In this document: in pieces, positions 1 through 9,780 of the stretch | Position numbering within the stretch: position 1 is the stretch's first letter | How the letters are laid out: every line of letters begins with the position of its first letter | Virus record (IMG/VR): IMGVR_UViG_3300033146_002139 | Coordinates: 1 to 39,706 of that record | Reading direction: 5' to 3' (one strand) | Length of the DNA stretch: 39,706 bases | From: a virus | Lineage: Duplodnaviria; Heunggongvirae; Uroviricota; Caudoviricetes | Program-made: the position numbers and the translations under genes | Notes under the pieces: generated by a model | Seen by the model: only the letters and a program-made list of their open reading frames with translations | Told to the model about the DNA's origin: nothing | The model's database searches: none

Positions 1-299
1 GCTTTGTAGGTTGCAACGATAAGTTTATCATTATGAGCACTAATATATTTTCTATTTCTCCAATAACTACATTCTATCGTTACCCACGCTGTGCCTTGAG
101 CTATTTCACAAGGAATTATATGTACCCATATGTCTTTTATGCTAGATATCTTCTCCACTACTGGCATTAGCCAATTCCATGAAGAAGTGTATTCACATCT
201 ATTAGGATTACTAAAATTGTTTCCATCGGGAAACCAATACAGTCCATACTTGCCTGACTTAGCACCCATGAATTTTGCTATTAGCATGTTATCTTCCAT
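1..299 (-). CDS. Hypothetical phage protein (LIAxFMG...SWxWLMPV family), runs off window edge
   Basis: Manual translation from ATG at 299 after an AGGAGG RBS: MEDNMLIAKFMG...SSWNWLMPVVEKI, open to position 1; paralogous to 2735..3037. Confidence 0.85.
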   Translation of the reverse strand, partial: MEDNMLIAKFMGAKSGKYGLYWFPDGNNFSNPNRCEYTSSWNWLMPVVEKISSIKDIWVHIIPCEIAQGTAWVTIECSYWRNRKYISAHNDKLIVATYK

Positions 300-307
300 T
301 ATTCCTC

Positions 308-628
308 CTAAAAATTCCAATCTTTTTTTCTGGTTACTATTTTAACCTTATCGCCTAAGTAAAGACACTTTTGGGCAAGAAGTGTGTAAAGGTCGGATTC
401 TATATCATAGATATTTGTATAAGTCTTTGTTTTCATTCTGCCGAAGTTGTAGTGAATAGTCCAATTGCCTGTCGATATTTTACTATCTCTCACTATGTTT
501 ATACCTTCGCAATACACAAAATCAAGAAGGTTTGTATAGTCCTCTTTTACCCAAGTACCCATATTATTCCATTTTACATTTATAACGGCAGACTCTAAAA
601 TTTTAATAATTTTTTTTGTTAATCTCAT
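308..628 (-). CDS. Hypothetical protein
   Basis: ORF with GGAGAGG RBS in the tightly packed minus-strand array. Confidence 0.75.
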   Translation of the reverse strand: MRLTKKIIKILESAVINVKWNNMGTWVKEDYTNLLDFVYCEGINIVRDSKISTGNWTIHYNFGRMKTKTYTNIYDIESDLYTLLAQKCLYLGDKVKIVTRKKDWNF

Positions 629-639
629 TATGACCTCTC

Positions 640-939
640 CTATTTAGACCTTACTGAGTGTATCGCAGATGTTCCCGTATTTATCATACGAAAAACCTCT
701 TCCCAATCTTGCTCAGATGCGACCCATTCAATATCTATTACACTGTGTTTAAATTGCCAGTTATTTAAAGAGAATCTTCTTCCTGACATAGAGTAATCTC
801 CATCGTCATTCTTTCTAAAGATTATACCTCCTTTATTATTACACATACAAGAGATTGTTAAAATTTCAACTACTCTAGGGTCTTTCTTTACTTTTAATAT
901 TGGAGGGTTGTGCCTTAAAAATGCATAGTCTTCTTTCAT
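640..939 (-). CDS. Hypothetical protein
   Basis: ORF with AGGAGG RBS. Confidence 0.8.
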   Translation of the reverse strand: MKEDYAFLRHNPPILKVKKDPRVVEILTISCMCNNKGGIIFRKNDDGDYSMSGRRFSLNNWQFKHSVIDIEWVASEQDWEEVFRMINTGTSAIHSVRSK

Positions 940-950
940 ATAACCTCCTT

Positions 951-1427
951 TTACATAAAATCTTTTTCTTCAAATTCTTTTTCCCACCATATATCTTTTA
1001 CAGCACCATTAGTAACTCTTTCCAATATGCCTCCTATTCGTCTTGATGGTAATTCTCCATTTTCAATTTGAGAAAGTTTTGTTATTGATACTTTTGTAAG
1101 TAATTCTAGTTGCCTAATTGGCATTTTTTGTCTATCTCTCCATAGTCTTAGGATTTCTCCTACAAATAATTCTTCTGAAAGAGAAGGGGTTAGCCAATCG
1201 TTAGCCGCCAAAACCATTCTATACTTTCCTTCAATAGCTAATTCTTTCGATAAAAAGAATAGGATTTTTCTGTGATATGATTTTGGCTTTGTTATTCCTT
1301 GCATCCACATAGATACTGCGTTGTCACTAATACTGCTACCCATAACTTCTACTATATCTTTATATTGAACACCTGTTCTTTTTCTCCAGATTCGAAACTT
1401 TTCACTTGCTGATACTTTATACTGCAT
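951..1427 (-). CDS. XRE-family regulator with two HTH domains
   Basis: Two HTH_3-like repeats: FRIWRKRTGVQY..AVSMWMQGITKP and LRLWRDRQKMPIRQL..KLSQIENGELP. Confidence 0.75.
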   Translation of the reverse strand: MQYKVSASEKFRIWRKRTGVQYKDIVEVMGSSISDNAVSMWMQGITKPKSYHRKILFFLSKELAIEGKYRMVLAANDWLTPSLSEELFVGEILRLWRDRQKMPIRQLELLTKVSITKLSQIENGELPSRRIGGILERVTNGAVKDIWWEKEFEEKDFM

Positions 1428-1470
1428 TTTTACTCCTATTTTGATTTATATTAAATTTGTTTACACTTTC

Positions 1471-1499
1471 AATATAATCAAAAAATATTGTATGGTCAA
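1471..1499 (-). promoter_or_regulatory. Sigma70-type promoter for the HTH gene
   Basis: TTGACC-N17-TATATT on the minus strand in an intergenic gap. Confidence 0.65.
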
Positions 1500-1575
1500 T
1501 ACAAATCTAAGTTTTAGCTTTAAATTCTTACAGTGGTAAGCAGTAATGATATAATTAAAAATATTAGTATTTTTT

Positions 1576-1899
1576 CTATTTGTTCTCCTTGTCAAGATTT
1601 CTGTATACTGTTGCATCAACCTTTTCAAATGCTAATACAGAATCAACTTTAAAACTTCTAAAGCTACCCTTTTCTACATCGTAAGCCATAATTTGGTTAG
1701 GGTCTGTTTTTCTTAGTTTTTTATTGGCTTTCTTTTTCGGAGTTGGTAATCTTTTTTTCAGGTAGTCAGACTTTAATGTTCCTAGCATAATTCTTACACT
1801 GCCTGCTTCATCACCTGTTTGCTTCATAAAAGCTACTTTACAAACACCTTCTCTAAGTGTTTCTTTTAGTGTTATTGCTTTTTCTTCTGAACGTGTCAT
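1576..1899 (-). CDS. WYL_2/DUF2693-like Sm/SH3 beta-barrel protein
   Basis: VAFMKQTG..RIMLGTL...YDVEKGSFRSFKVDSV signature; start moved to the ATG after AAGGAG. Confidence 0.7.
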   Translation of the reverse strand: MTRSEEKAITLKETLREGVCKVAFMKQTGDEAGSVRIMLGTLKSDYLKKRLPTPKKKANKKLRKTDPNQIMAYDVEKGSFRSFKVDSVLAFEKVDATVYRNLDKENK

Positions 1900-1926
1900 A
1901 ATCAATCTCCTTTTAATAATTTAAGT

Positions 1927-2337
1927 TTATAGTATCATTGGTACATCCGGAATGTAAGTTGAGCAAGCGGCTATATTATCATTGCCAATTCCAGTTCCAA
2001 AGATAACATTTTTATAGTTACAACCCGGATAGTCTTTTGTACAACTATTACATAGATTAACTTCATTAGTCATCCCTAGCTCTTGTATTGTTTTTATTGT
2101 GTTTATTTCTTTTATTGTAACAGTTTGTTTGTTGTACTCTTTTATAAATAGTACACAAACATTGTATATTGCAAATATTTTCTCTGTTCCAGCTAAAGTC
2201 CCACAGCCATTGCTAATAATTGATATTTTTTCTGCATTGCTGTCAACATTCCAAAACGACGCAGAATACTTCGTAAGAAACAGGGACACCTCTTTTTTAT
2301 TGTAAAGAGTGTTTTCTATTTTATCTACAACTTCCAT
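1927..2337 (-). CDS. Hypothetical protein with Cys-rich C-terminus
   Basis: ORF; CNSC..YPGC..DNIAAC. Confidence 0.7.
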   Translation of the reverse strand: MEVVDKIENTLYNKKEVSLFLTKYSASFWNVDSNAEKISIISNGCGTLAGTEKIFAIYNVCVLFIKEYNKQTVTIKEINTIKTIQELGMTNEVNLCNSCTKDYPGCNYKNVIFGTGIGNDNIAACSTYIPDVPMIL

Positions 2338-2400
2338 TATGATATCGTAAGCTCTCCATACAGAAAATTATGTATTAGCAAAAAATTCTCGTGTAACTTT

Positions 2401-2733
2401 TTAAGATTCATTATTTATCCTCCACAAAGGGATTATTACAAAGCCACTTACTAACGTTTCTCCGGTGTTGGTAAACCAATCAGTATTGTTTATGATATGA
2501 TTAGCAATACCTTCGTTCTCACTGTAATTTTTAATATAGACCTTTTCATCCCAATCTCTTTCTGTAAGCTTAGAGCCGTAAGGCTGCATATTTACAGACA
2601 AAGAACAGTATTGGTCGCCATCTTCAGCAAGAAGGATAATTGCAGGATTTCCTGTATTGTAGTACATTATATCTACTGTTAGCTTCTCGCCATTAAAGGT
2701 AGTAGTCTTTCCTTTCAAGTCTAATATATTCAT
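2401..2733 (-). CDS. DUF4313-like protein
   Basis: YYNTGNPAIILL.EDGDQYCSLSVN...YIKNYSENEG...TGETLVSGFV. Confidence 0.6.
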   Translation of the reverse strand: MNILDLKGKTTTFNGEKLTVDIMYYNTGNPAIILLAEDGDQYCSLSVNMQPYGSKLTERDWDEKVYIKNYSENEGIANHIINNTDWFTNTGETLVSGFVIIPLWRINNES

Positions 2734-2734
2734 A

Positions 2735-3037
2735 TTATTCCTCATTATTATGGTTAGTGATTATTTCTACTACAACTTCATACAAGCTATCAAGGTTTGT
2801 TTCTAAAAGAGCATCGTTAAGCTTAAAATTTAAGTCGCTTTTCTCGGTTATATCGAAACACTTTACTGCTACCGGCATCAGCCAGTCCCAAGACTCGTGA
2901 AACATTAGATTGTCAAAACAATTTCCGTTTGTTAGATTGTAGATTGTTTGAGATAAAACACCTTCATTATCAAACCACCCTATATTTGTTTTTTGCATGC
3001 CCATAAATTCTGCAATTAAAATATTACTCTTCGTCAT
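2735..3037 (-). CDS. Hypothetical phage protein (LIAEFMG...SWDWLMPV family)
   Basis: Start at MTKSNILIAEFMG after GAGGAG; paralog of 1..299. Confidence 0.8.
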   Translation of the reverse strand: MTKSNILIAEFMGMQKTNIGWFDNEGVLSQTIYNLTNGNCFDNLMFHESWDWLMPVAVKCFDITEKSDLNFKLNDALLETNLDSLYEVVVEIITNHNNEE

Positions 3038-3218
3038 AAATCTCCTCAAGGTCATCTTTTTCAATTCCGTTGATTGCAAAAGAAAACTTATTAAGAGCTT
3101 GTATAAGGCAAATTTTCTGTGATTCTTGACACGAGTTTCCCTTGAAAGGCATTTCGTCTATAACATTCTCAATCTCAGACACAAGACTTTCTAATCGTTC
3201 TTTAAATTTTCTTACCAT
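3024..3218 (-). CDS. Hypothetical protein
   Basis: ORF with AGGAGG RBS. Confidence 0.75.
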   Translation of the reverse strand: MVRKFKERLESLVSEIENVIDEMPFKGNSCQESQKICLIQALNKFSFAINGIEKDDLEEIYDEE

Positions 3219-3230
3219 GACAACCTCCTT

Positions 3231-3611
3231 TTAATATTCGCTTGGCAACATAATTACATAGTATTCTTCAGACGGCATTACAAATAAATGTACATTCTCT
3301 TTTAAATCTGTAAATGGAACATTTTGATGCACTACAACATTATAATCCCCATCGACAAGATAAAAATCAGCTCCACCCTCTTCATTAAGAATACAGTATG
3401 CTGAGTTAAATCTATCGTCAAAACTTTCTTTATAAGAACCTATAATGTCCATAAGCCAGTAAGCACTAAGCTTTTCTGCTGCTATTTTAGCACCATCAGT
3501 AAGCACAATTTTTGAAAATAATACACTAAACCTATGATATTCCATAGTTCCTATTGAAGCTTGGTCTTTAAAAAACTCTAAATCTTTGACAATGTTTTCT
3601 ATGTTCTTCAT
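3231..3611 (-). CDS. DUF6876-like protein
   Basis: GTMEYHRF...VLTDGAK.AAEKLSAYWLMDIIGSY...VPFTD...IMLPSEY. Confidence 0.7.
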   Translation of the reverse strand: MKNIENIVKDLEFFKDQASIGTMEYHRFSVLFSKIVLTDGAKIAAEKLSAYWLMDIIGSYKESFDDRFNSAYCILNEEGGADFYLVDGDYNVVVHQNVPFTDLKENVHLFVMPSEEYYVIMLPSEY

Positions 3612-3792
3612 ATTTTTACTCTCCTAATAGATATTGACTTACTTTTAAAATCAAAACACATTTTTACCTCATCATGCCAGTAATATAAAACGCAATTATA
3701 AGGTGCTTGTTTTTTATTGCGACTACAATCAGTATTTTCACATTTCGGTAAAGGGGATATTTTTTTATATTTTTTAAACTTTGTCATAATAA

Positions 3793-3957
3793 CTACCTTT
3801 TAATATCGTGGATTTCTATTAGTTTTAAATCGCCATACCACTTTCTTATTTCAGCATTCTCTTCTCCAGCGTTAAGAAATAAATTTTCCATTTCCTCTTG
3901 GGAGCCGTTGTATATAGTTCCTTTGTTGTCTATTATTTCCCATTTATTTTCAGTCAT
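3793..3957 (-). CDS. Small hypothetical protein (54 aa)
   Basis: Manual translation MTENKWEIIDNKGTIYNGSQEEM...; GGAGG RBS. Confidence 0.65.
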   Translation of the reverse strand: MTENKWEIIDNKGTIYNGSQEEMENLFLNAGEENAEIRKWYGDLKLIEIHDIKR

Positions 3958-4258
3958 AACTTACCTCCGTATAGTAATCGAAATCTTTTCTTTTTGCCAT
4001 ATAGCAGTAATCTTCTATAAGTCCTATTCTATTTGGCAATAACTGTCTTAAAGCTGCAAGACCTAAATAAGTAAAGTTTGTTGCAAAAATAACTTCGTTG
4101 TGACGAGTATAACACAGCAATTTTTTAACAGCCTGATTTCCATTACGTGGGAAAAATTTAATAATTCTTATTGTTTCTGTTTGAGATAAAACATTTTTCA
4201 TATTTCCAAATGGTATTGTAGTTCTTAGTCTATTCATCAAAAGTTTTTCCTTAATCAT
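3950..4258 (-). CDS. Hypothetical protein
   Basis: ORF with GGAGG RBS and an ATGA overlap with the upstream gene. Confidence 0.7.
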   Translation of the reverse strand: MIKEKLLMNRLRTTIPFGNMKNVLSQTETIRIIKFFPRNGNQAVKKLLCYTRHNEVIFATNFTYLGLAALRQLLPNRIGLIEDYCYMAKRKDFDYYTEVSYD

Positions 4259-4527
4259 GCTACCTCCAGTGCTTTTATAAAATCTTTTTTAGTATATTCA
4301 ACATCGTTCATAATATGACAAGGAATATTTTCTTTATCTTCGGAGGTCATAAAATACCTCAAAAACGATTTCTCACTAAAACCCCAGTCGTCAAAATTCC
4401 CTATATATAATTGATATATAAAAGAATAAAAAGATATTCTTGACAAACCTCTCACTATCGAATCGTCTCTTGAAGGCGAGTTTTTGTACAACTTTACCAT
4501 CTTGTTTATCTGTAAGTAGTTTTTCAT
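4255..4527 (-). CDS. Hypothetical protein
   Basis: Start at MKNYLQ after GGAGG. Confidence 0.7.
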   Translation of the reverse strand: MKNYLQINKMVKLYKNSPSRDDSIVRGLSRISFYSFIYQLYIGNFDDWGFSEKSFLRYFMTSEDKENIPCHIMNDVEYTKKDFIKALEVA

Positions 4528-4538
4528 GTTGCCTCCGT

Positions 4539-4805
4539 TTATTCGCATGTAAATGTTGTAAGAAATTTTTCTAAATCTACTATGCATTTAAACTCTACGG
4601 TGAAGCTGAAGTCAAAGACTCCTAATAATTCTAATAAAAGATTTTCAATTAGTTCTTCATCATTTGGTAAAATAAAATCGCAAATCATCGTGCATTTTTG
4701 AGAGTCGGAATGATAAGCTTCTATCGACAAACCTCCGTTTACTTCTTCTATTTCCAGGTCCATTCCGCTATCAAAAAACATTGTTATTAAATAATCTTCA
4801 TTCAT
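4539..4805 (-). CDS. Hypothetical acidic protein
   Basis: ORF with GGGAG RBS. Confidence 0.7.
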   Translation of the reverse strand: MNEDYLITMFFDSGMDLEIEEVNGGLSIEAYHSDSQKCTMICDFILPNDEELIENLLLELLGVFDFSFTVEFKCIVDLEKFLTTFTCE

Positions 4806-4813
4806 AAAACTCC

Positions 4814-5428
4814 CTAATGCTGTTTAAATAATACCTTATTGTTAGTTTGGCAGTAAGTACAATCTTTATTGCATTTTACAGCACTGTCTGTAGTTGCAGG
4901 GCATAAGAATAGCTCATTGTCCATCGCCTGTAGCTTGTCGATATAATCTAAGCTACCGTAGTTTAAATACTTCTTTTCATCTATAGTGATATAACTATCA
5001 ATAAGGTTGAAATTGTTTAGCTTAGTCAAACCAGAGAAGTCAAATTTATTTAAAACCTTAGTAAAAGCAAAAAACTTAAAGTGACTGAATTTTTTTATTA
5101 TCTCTGACCAAGTATTTATATACAACTGAGAAAAGAAATCTCCAGAGCTATGAAGCCGCACAACCCTAATTTTGTTTTTCTTAAGGTCTATCTCTGAATT
5201 TAATTGCAACCCTATTAGTTTCTTGAATACCTTAGTATCACTAGCGACATCTAGGTTTAGATTCCTCCAATTCACTGTATTGCCGTACATACGTTCCGCT
5301 TTTTTTGCATAACATCCTACACAACTTGTAGAGCAAACCGAAGTAGGGAGGTCGAAAATAAACATATTATATAATTTTGTATTTCCTCTTTTCATTCTGT
5401 TTATATCTTTAAGGTTTAATGCTTCCAC
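4814..5428 (-). CDS. Gp88-family (radical-SAM-like) protein
   Basis: GNTKL..FDLP..CSTSCVGCYAKKAE...RLHSSGDFFSQ.Y...FAFTK...CPAT..CNKDCTYC. Confidence 0.8.
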   Translation of the reverse strand: MEALNLKDINRMKRGNTKLYNMFIFDLPTSVCSTSCVGCYAKKAERMYGNTVNWRNLNLDVASDTKVFKKLIGLQLNSEIDLKKNKIRVVRLHSSGDFFSQLYINTWSEIIKKFSHFKFFAFTKVLNKFDFSGLTKLNNFNLIDSYITIDEKKYLNYGSLDYIDKLQAMDNELFLCPATTDSAVKCNKDCTYCQTNNKVLFKQH

Positions 5429-5711
5429 ATACCCTCCATTTTTTTAAATCTTTATCTTCGTTGTTAATAAACTTACATTTAATCTTAGTGCTAATTGTGT
5501 ACATTCTTTTACTTATTTGATAAATAGCATCTAATATGTCAACGTCTCCATACCTATTCTGAATACTACTACTTATAACGGCAGAAAATTTATTTCCAAT
5601 TCCCTTTATAAGAGTATCGTTTCCTTGTCGAGTTATCAGGAACTTATTTTTTACACATCTTTTTTCAAAAGTAAAGATGATGTTTTCAGGTTTCATTTTT
5701 TCGCGTTTCAT
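5409..5711 (-). CDS. Hypothetical protein
   Basis: ORF with GGAG RBS. Confidence 0.65.
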   Translation of the reverse strand: MKREKMKPENIIFTFEKRCVKNKFLITRQGNDTLIKGIGNKFSAVISSSIQNRYGDVDILDAIYQISKRMYTISTKIKCKFINNEDKDLKKWRVCGSIKP

Positions 5712-5726
5712 ATTAATCTCCGTTAT

Positions 5727-5942
5727 TTAAGTACACGTCCAATTTGGCAAAGAATAAAAAACATCTTCTCCATTTCCTTCTTTGTTGATTTCTGACTTGG
5801 ATAATACCTGAGTCTTTTGTTCGTTACTGCACTCATCTTCCCATTCTACTGTAATCCTAGACCCATTAATTTTTGTGACATACACATCAAATTCCGAGTC
5901 GTTTTTAGTGAAGATTGGCATTCCGATTTTTAATTCTGACAT
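5727..5942 (-). CDS. Hypothetical protein
   Basis: ORF with AGGAG RBS. Confidence 0.7.
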   Translation of the reverse strand: MSELKIGMPIFTKNDSEFDVYVTKINGSRITVEWEDECSNEQKTQVLSKSEINKEGNGEDVFYSLPNWTCT

Positions 5943-6560
5943 TTATTGCTCCTTTTCTTTAGGGTTAAAATACACATCTTTGTAGGGATTTTGAAAATCA
6001 AAAGGCTCTATCCTTTTAACCTCAAGGGAAGAACACACTACAGCTCCAGCTCCATCAACTAGAATATGTATCCATTCTTTATCTAATTCCTCGTCTGTTA
6101 CTTTAATTTGTTGGCCTTCTGACCAAGCATCTCTTTTTCCAGTGCCGTTGTAACAGCTCTCTATTTGAGTAACTCTTCCTCTGTACCCATATTTTCCGGT
6201 TTCAACATAATCTCCGAGAAAAATTTTGTTCTCTTCTTCCTCTTCAAATTTTTCTGTTGTCTCCGATAGCTCGAAGTTGCAGGCACACATATCATCTAAT
6301 ATATCTTGGTCAGACATGTTCATCACATAGTCGTCAAAGCTATCAAATGCAGAAGTCCAAGCAACTAAATCATTTCTTCTATAATACATATAGTCTTCTA
6401 AACAGTCTCTTTTAGAAGTTGAGTTCCTGCCTGTATGAAGATAATCTTTAGCATCAAAGTCAAAGATGTGGTAATATTTAGTTTTTGATAGTTCTTTGTC
6501 TATAAGGTAATCTTTTCTTTTTTCGTACATACAAGTTGTTTTTGGCTCTTCGTTTAACAT
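5943..6560 (-). CDS. Hypothetical protein
   Basis: 205-aa ORF with GAGG RBS. Confidence 0.8.
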   Translation of the reverse strand: MLNEEPKTTCMYEKRKDYLIDKELSKTKYYHIFDFDAKDYLHTGRNSTSKRDCLEDYMYYRRNDLVAWTSAFDSFDDYVMNMSDQDILDDMCACNFELSETTEKFEEEEENKIFLGDYVETGKYGYRGRVTQIESCYNGTGKRDAWSEGQQIKVTDEELDKEWIHILVDGAGAVVCSSLEVKRIEPFDFQNPYKDVYFNPKEKEQ

Positions 6561-6575
6561 ATTTACCTCGATTAT

Positions 6576-7205
6576 TTAATATAGCCCACTCTCTTCTATT
6601 TCAAAAATACACTCAGCCATAATCATACAAGTATCTGTTCCGTATGTTTTTGCCAATTCATCAATATTAGGATTGTAAGCACTTGTACAGTCATCTATTT
6701 GCTTTATAGTATATTCTTCTAGGTTGATTTCAGCTTCAATCCAAAAATCTTTAAATCCAAAAACTCCTTTCTTAAAATCAAAATCATCAACAATTCTGCT
6801 TCCATTAGCGTATTCCTCAAACTCTTTATGGTATGTGCGCCTATCAAACTCTTTGTATAAGAATTTATATGTTGACAATCTTTTACAATATTGCAAATTA
6901 TCTGCATCCGTACAATGCCATACTGGTTCGATATCTTCAAAATCGTACCATAGTTCAGTAATCAATATATTGTTGTCTCTATCTTTTAAATAATACAATG
7001 TAAAATCGCAAAGCATGGTTTCCGTGCTTGCTGTTCCATTTAGTTGAAAATCAGACTTATCGCATTTGTCAAAGTCATCTTTATCATGAACAACCGTATT
7101 GAATAATGATTTGATTTTTGTACTGAAGTAGTCATAAGTAGTTCTAATTCCTACAAGGTTATTGAGTTTATTTACCAAGTTTTGTTGTTCTTTATTTAGT
7201 TTCAT
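6576..7205 (-). CDS. Hypothetical acidic protein
   Basis: 209-aa ORF with GAGGAG RBS. Confidence 0.8.
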   Translation of the reverse strand: MKLNKEQQNLVNKLNNLVGIRTTYDYFSTKIKSLFNTVVHDKDDFDKCDKSDFQLNGTASTETMLCDFTLYYLKDRDNNILITELWYDFEDIEPVWHCTDADNLQYCKRLSTYKFLYKEFDRRTYHKEFEEYANGSRIVDDFDFKKGVFGFKDFWIEAEINLEEYTIKQIDDCTSAYNPNIDELAKTYGTDTCMIMAECIFEIEESGLY

Positions 7206-7584
7206 AATTATTCTCCTCTATTGAAAATCCTGACTCGTCTATTTTAAATTTTCCAAGTTCTAAGGAGTAATCTTCATCATCAAAATCTCCGGTGTTCAGC
7301 ACTCCTTTCCCTTCACAGAGTTCGCAGGTATCTTGAGTTTCTCTGTAGTCAGGTTCTTTTGGGTCTCCATTTGCGTGGCAACCGTACGAACTATGATGCA
7401 AGTATTCTCCATAAACCTGTCCGTCTTCACAGTCTTCATTAGTGCAATCTATTTCTCTATCGTTTGATAATGCTATTGACAGTATTCCTGCTCCTAAATC
7501 GTAAACAGCGAGTTTAACTGGTTCGTTTTCATCGCTTACAGCAAGTAGTTGTTCTTTAAGTTCTTTAATTGTTAGCATCTTCAA
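7192..7584 (-). CDS. Hypothetical protein with DnaJ-like Zn motif
   Basis: CTNEDCEDG...CELCEGKG. Confidence 0.7.
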   Translation of the reverse strand: MKMLTIKELKEQLLAVSDENEPVKLAVYDLGAGILSIALSNDREIDCTNEDCEDGQVYGEYLHHSSYGCHANGDPKEPDYRETQDTCELCEGKGVLNTGDFDDEDYSLELGKFKIDESGFSIEENNYETK

Positions 7585-7750
7585 AATCCTCCAATGTTTG
7601 ATTGGTGTAGTCTAATACTGTGAAATCTATTATATTGATACTCTTACAATTAGGACATTTCGTATCATTATAAAATACTATAGTTTCGCAGTCCATACAA
7701 GCTCTAATATAGGGCATTCCGTTTTCCCAAAATATATTTTGAGTAATCAT
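7565..7750 (-). CDS. Small zinc-ribbon protein
   Basis: CMDC...CPNC; GGAGG RBS. Confidence 0.7.
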   Translation of the reverse strand: MITQNIFWENGMPYIRACMDCETIVFYNDTKCPNCKSINIIDFTVLDYTNQTLEDFEDANN

Positions 7751-7765
7751 AGCAAGCCTCCGTTA

Positions 7766-7945
7766 TTATTCTGAAAATAAGTGAAAGGTTAGTATTTTAA
7801 GTCCAATCAATTCTACGGTCATATTCCATATAAGCTGTATTATTAAACCAACAAAAAATAAAAACATAAAAATTGGTACAAGCAGAAATGTTGATATAAT
7901 ATAAATGAGTATCATTAAAAAAATCAGTGCAACTAATGCGTTCAT
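7766..7945 (-). CDS. Small membrane protein (59 aa)
   Basis: Manual translation MNALVALIFLMILIYIISTFLLVPIFMFLFFVGLIIQLIW...; AGGAG RBS. Confidence 0.65.
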   Translation of the reverse strand: MNALVALIFLMILIYIISTFLLVPIFMFLFFVGLIIQLIWNMTVELIGLKILTFHLFSE

Positions 7946-7953
7946 AATTCTCC

Positions 7954-8262
7954 TTATTTAATATATTTTATCGTTTGTATATTATCAAAATATACTAATG
8001 GACTCTCTATGTTTACTGCATAAGCAAGTAAAACAGTATTGTCTAAAAATGTTATTTTAACTTTTCTTAAGATACCGGAAAAGTTAAACTTATACCCTTT
8101 ATAAGGAACTTGTTTGTCAAATAATGTGTTCTCCTGTAACCCTTTAAATATCAAATCTTTATCCGTTTGAGTTAGAACTTTTTTTTTTACAAGAGTGTAC
8201 CATACGCACTTAGGAATTCTTGGAGGAGCGAATTCTGTAAACTTTATAATATTTTTTGGCAT
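7954..8262 (-). CDS. Hypothetical protein
   Basis: ORF with AGGAG RBS. Confidence 0.75.
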   Translation of the reverse strand: MPKNIIKFTEFAPPRIPKCVWYTLVKKKVLTQTDKDLIFKGLQENTLFDKQVPYKGYKFNFSGILRKVKITFLDNTVLLAYAVNIESPLVYFDNIQTIKYIK

Positions 8263-8292
8263 AATTTCTCCTAACTAATTTACTGGTCGGCA

Positions 8293-8487
8293 TCAAGTAA
8301 TTGGTTTTTTTGTTTCCCTTATCTCCCACCCTTCGTATTTCATAGCCCAATTTGCTGACTGAGATTGGCTTTGTTGCAATTTAAGGCAACACTTGAAGTG
8401 GCTGCCCTCAAAAACAAATCTATCGTTTTGATATAGAAAATAAGTCTGTTCTTGTTCGTTTTCTTTTTTAATAGGTCTGTTTTCCAT
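8293..8487 (-). CDS. Hypothetical protein
   Basis: ORF with GGAG RBS. Confidence 0.7.
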   Translation of the reverse strand: MENRPIKKENEQEQTYFLYQNDRFVFEGSHFKCCLKLQQSQSQSANWAMKYEGWEIRETKKPIT

Positions 8488-9020
8488 TATGCTTCTCCAT
8501 CAATGAATAACTTCGAATTAAAACTTAAAACTTGATAGTGTTTGTCTAATTTTCTCAAAGCTGAAAGTTTTTGAATTATTTGATTTTTAAGCACTAGAGC
8601 TTCATCGTATTTCTCGTTCCATCTCGTGCTTTGTAGTTCTTTATGTACGGTCTCAAGAGTAAATGATTGGTACTCGATATAAGTATGGGTTCTTAATCCG
8701 GAATCTTCCTCTATCTTTTTACCTGTAAACTCAAAATGTTCGTAAGGAATATAAATAACAAATTTTTCTTCTCTTAAATAATCGATTCTTTCTTTGATTA
8801 TAAAAGTTTTCCCATCAAGTTTAACTTTTGTTCTTGATATTATTTTCGGGACTTCTAATGTGTTGTGCTGATTAAAAGCACCACCAAACCACCTTACACT
8901 AAATAGAACATTTTGTTCTTTTTGAGAATAAAGGCTTATGTGATAAATTTCTTTGTCTCCAAAGAAGAATGGATTGTGCGAGTTAACTTTTCTTGCTAAG
9001 ACGGAGTTTTCTTTCTTCAT
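8487..9020 (-). CDS. Hypothetical protein
   Basis: 177-aa ORF with GGAG RBS. Confidence 0.75.
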   Translation of the reverse strand: MKKENSVLARKVNSHNPFFFGDKEIYHISLYSQKEQNVLFSVRWFGGAFNQHNTLEVPKIISRTKVKLDGKTFIIKERIDYLREEKFVIYIPYEHFEFTGKKIEEDSGLRTHTYIEYQSFTLETVHKELQSTRWNEKYDEALVLKNQIIQKLSALRKLDKHYQVLSFNSKLFIDGEA

Positions 9021-9267
9021 CTATTATCTCCAAATATTCTTTAAAGGTTGTTGGCTTATTTGGAACATACGTGTCTTTATCGTAGTTTAATATAAAAACA
9101 CATCCAGAGGTTATTACCTTGTAGTTGCTAGAAGTAGTGTTTATTACACTGTTTAGCCCATTCCAATAACAAGCTACCCTCGAATATTCTCCGTTAGGAT
9201 AATCACCTTTTACTAAGAATAATCCCGAGTCTAAGAATTCCTCTATATTGTCTATTAGTACCTTCAT
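8983..9267 (-). CDS. Hypothetical protein
   Basis: Start MKVLID after GAGGTG. Confidence 0.7.
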   Translation of the reverse strand: MKVLIDNIEEFLDSGLFLVKGDYPNGEYSRVACYWNGLNSVINTTSSNYKVITSGCVFILNYDKDTYVPNKPTTFKEYLEIIDEERKLRLSKKS

Positions 9268-9276
9268 AAACACCTC

Positions 9277-9570
9277 TTAAATTTCAGATTTTTTTACAAA
9301 TTGACCATGCATAAATATATGGCTTTCATCAGGATATCCTTCTTCATCAATGGATAGCCCACAATAGTCTAGTATTTGTTCTTGTTGTGATAATGTCAGT
9401 TCTTTTGGTAGTTTTGTTAATTCAAAAGTCTTAACTACTCTTCCTGCTCCACCACAATCTTCAGACACTGCAATTAAATTCCTTGTTCCGTTAAAATAAA
9501 TATTGTACACTCTTAAGTCTACATCTTCTATTCCTAACTCTATATCTTCTAGTATTATATTGTAGTTCAT
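9277..9570 (-). CDS. Hypothetical protein
   Basis: ORF with GAGG RBS. Confidence 0.75.
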   Translation of the reverse strand: MNYNIILEDIELGIEDVDLRVYNIYFNGTRNLIAVSEDCGGAGRVVKTFELTKLPKELTLSQQEQILDYCGLSIDEEGYPDESHIFMHGQFVKKSEI

Positions 9571-9573
9571 ACA

Positions 9574-9780
9574 TTACCTCTTGTTTAATTGCCATTCATT
9601 ATATCCAACATTAAAAGCTATTGGGTCATGTTTTCTTACAGCTTTACCATATTCTTGTAACCACATAGCTGACATTCTAATAACACCACCTATAATCCAT
9701 TCATCTGAGCCTTGTGGTGGAGATAGCTCGTTAAGAAACTTTTCATATTCTTTTTTAGTGTATTTCAAGATTACCTCCAT
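9574..9780 (-). CDS. Hypothetical phage protein
   Basis: Likely start MEVILK; C-terminal YGKAVRKHDPIAFNVGYNEW. Confidence 0.7.
   Translation of the reverse strand: MEVILKYTKKEYEKFLNELSPPQGSDEWIIGGVIRMSAMWLQEYGKAVRKHDPIAFNVGYNEWQLNKR

Noticed and set aside
79-89. 11-bp match GTTACCCACGC with 13605-13615
   Set aside because: A single short match with no shared context; plausibly chance
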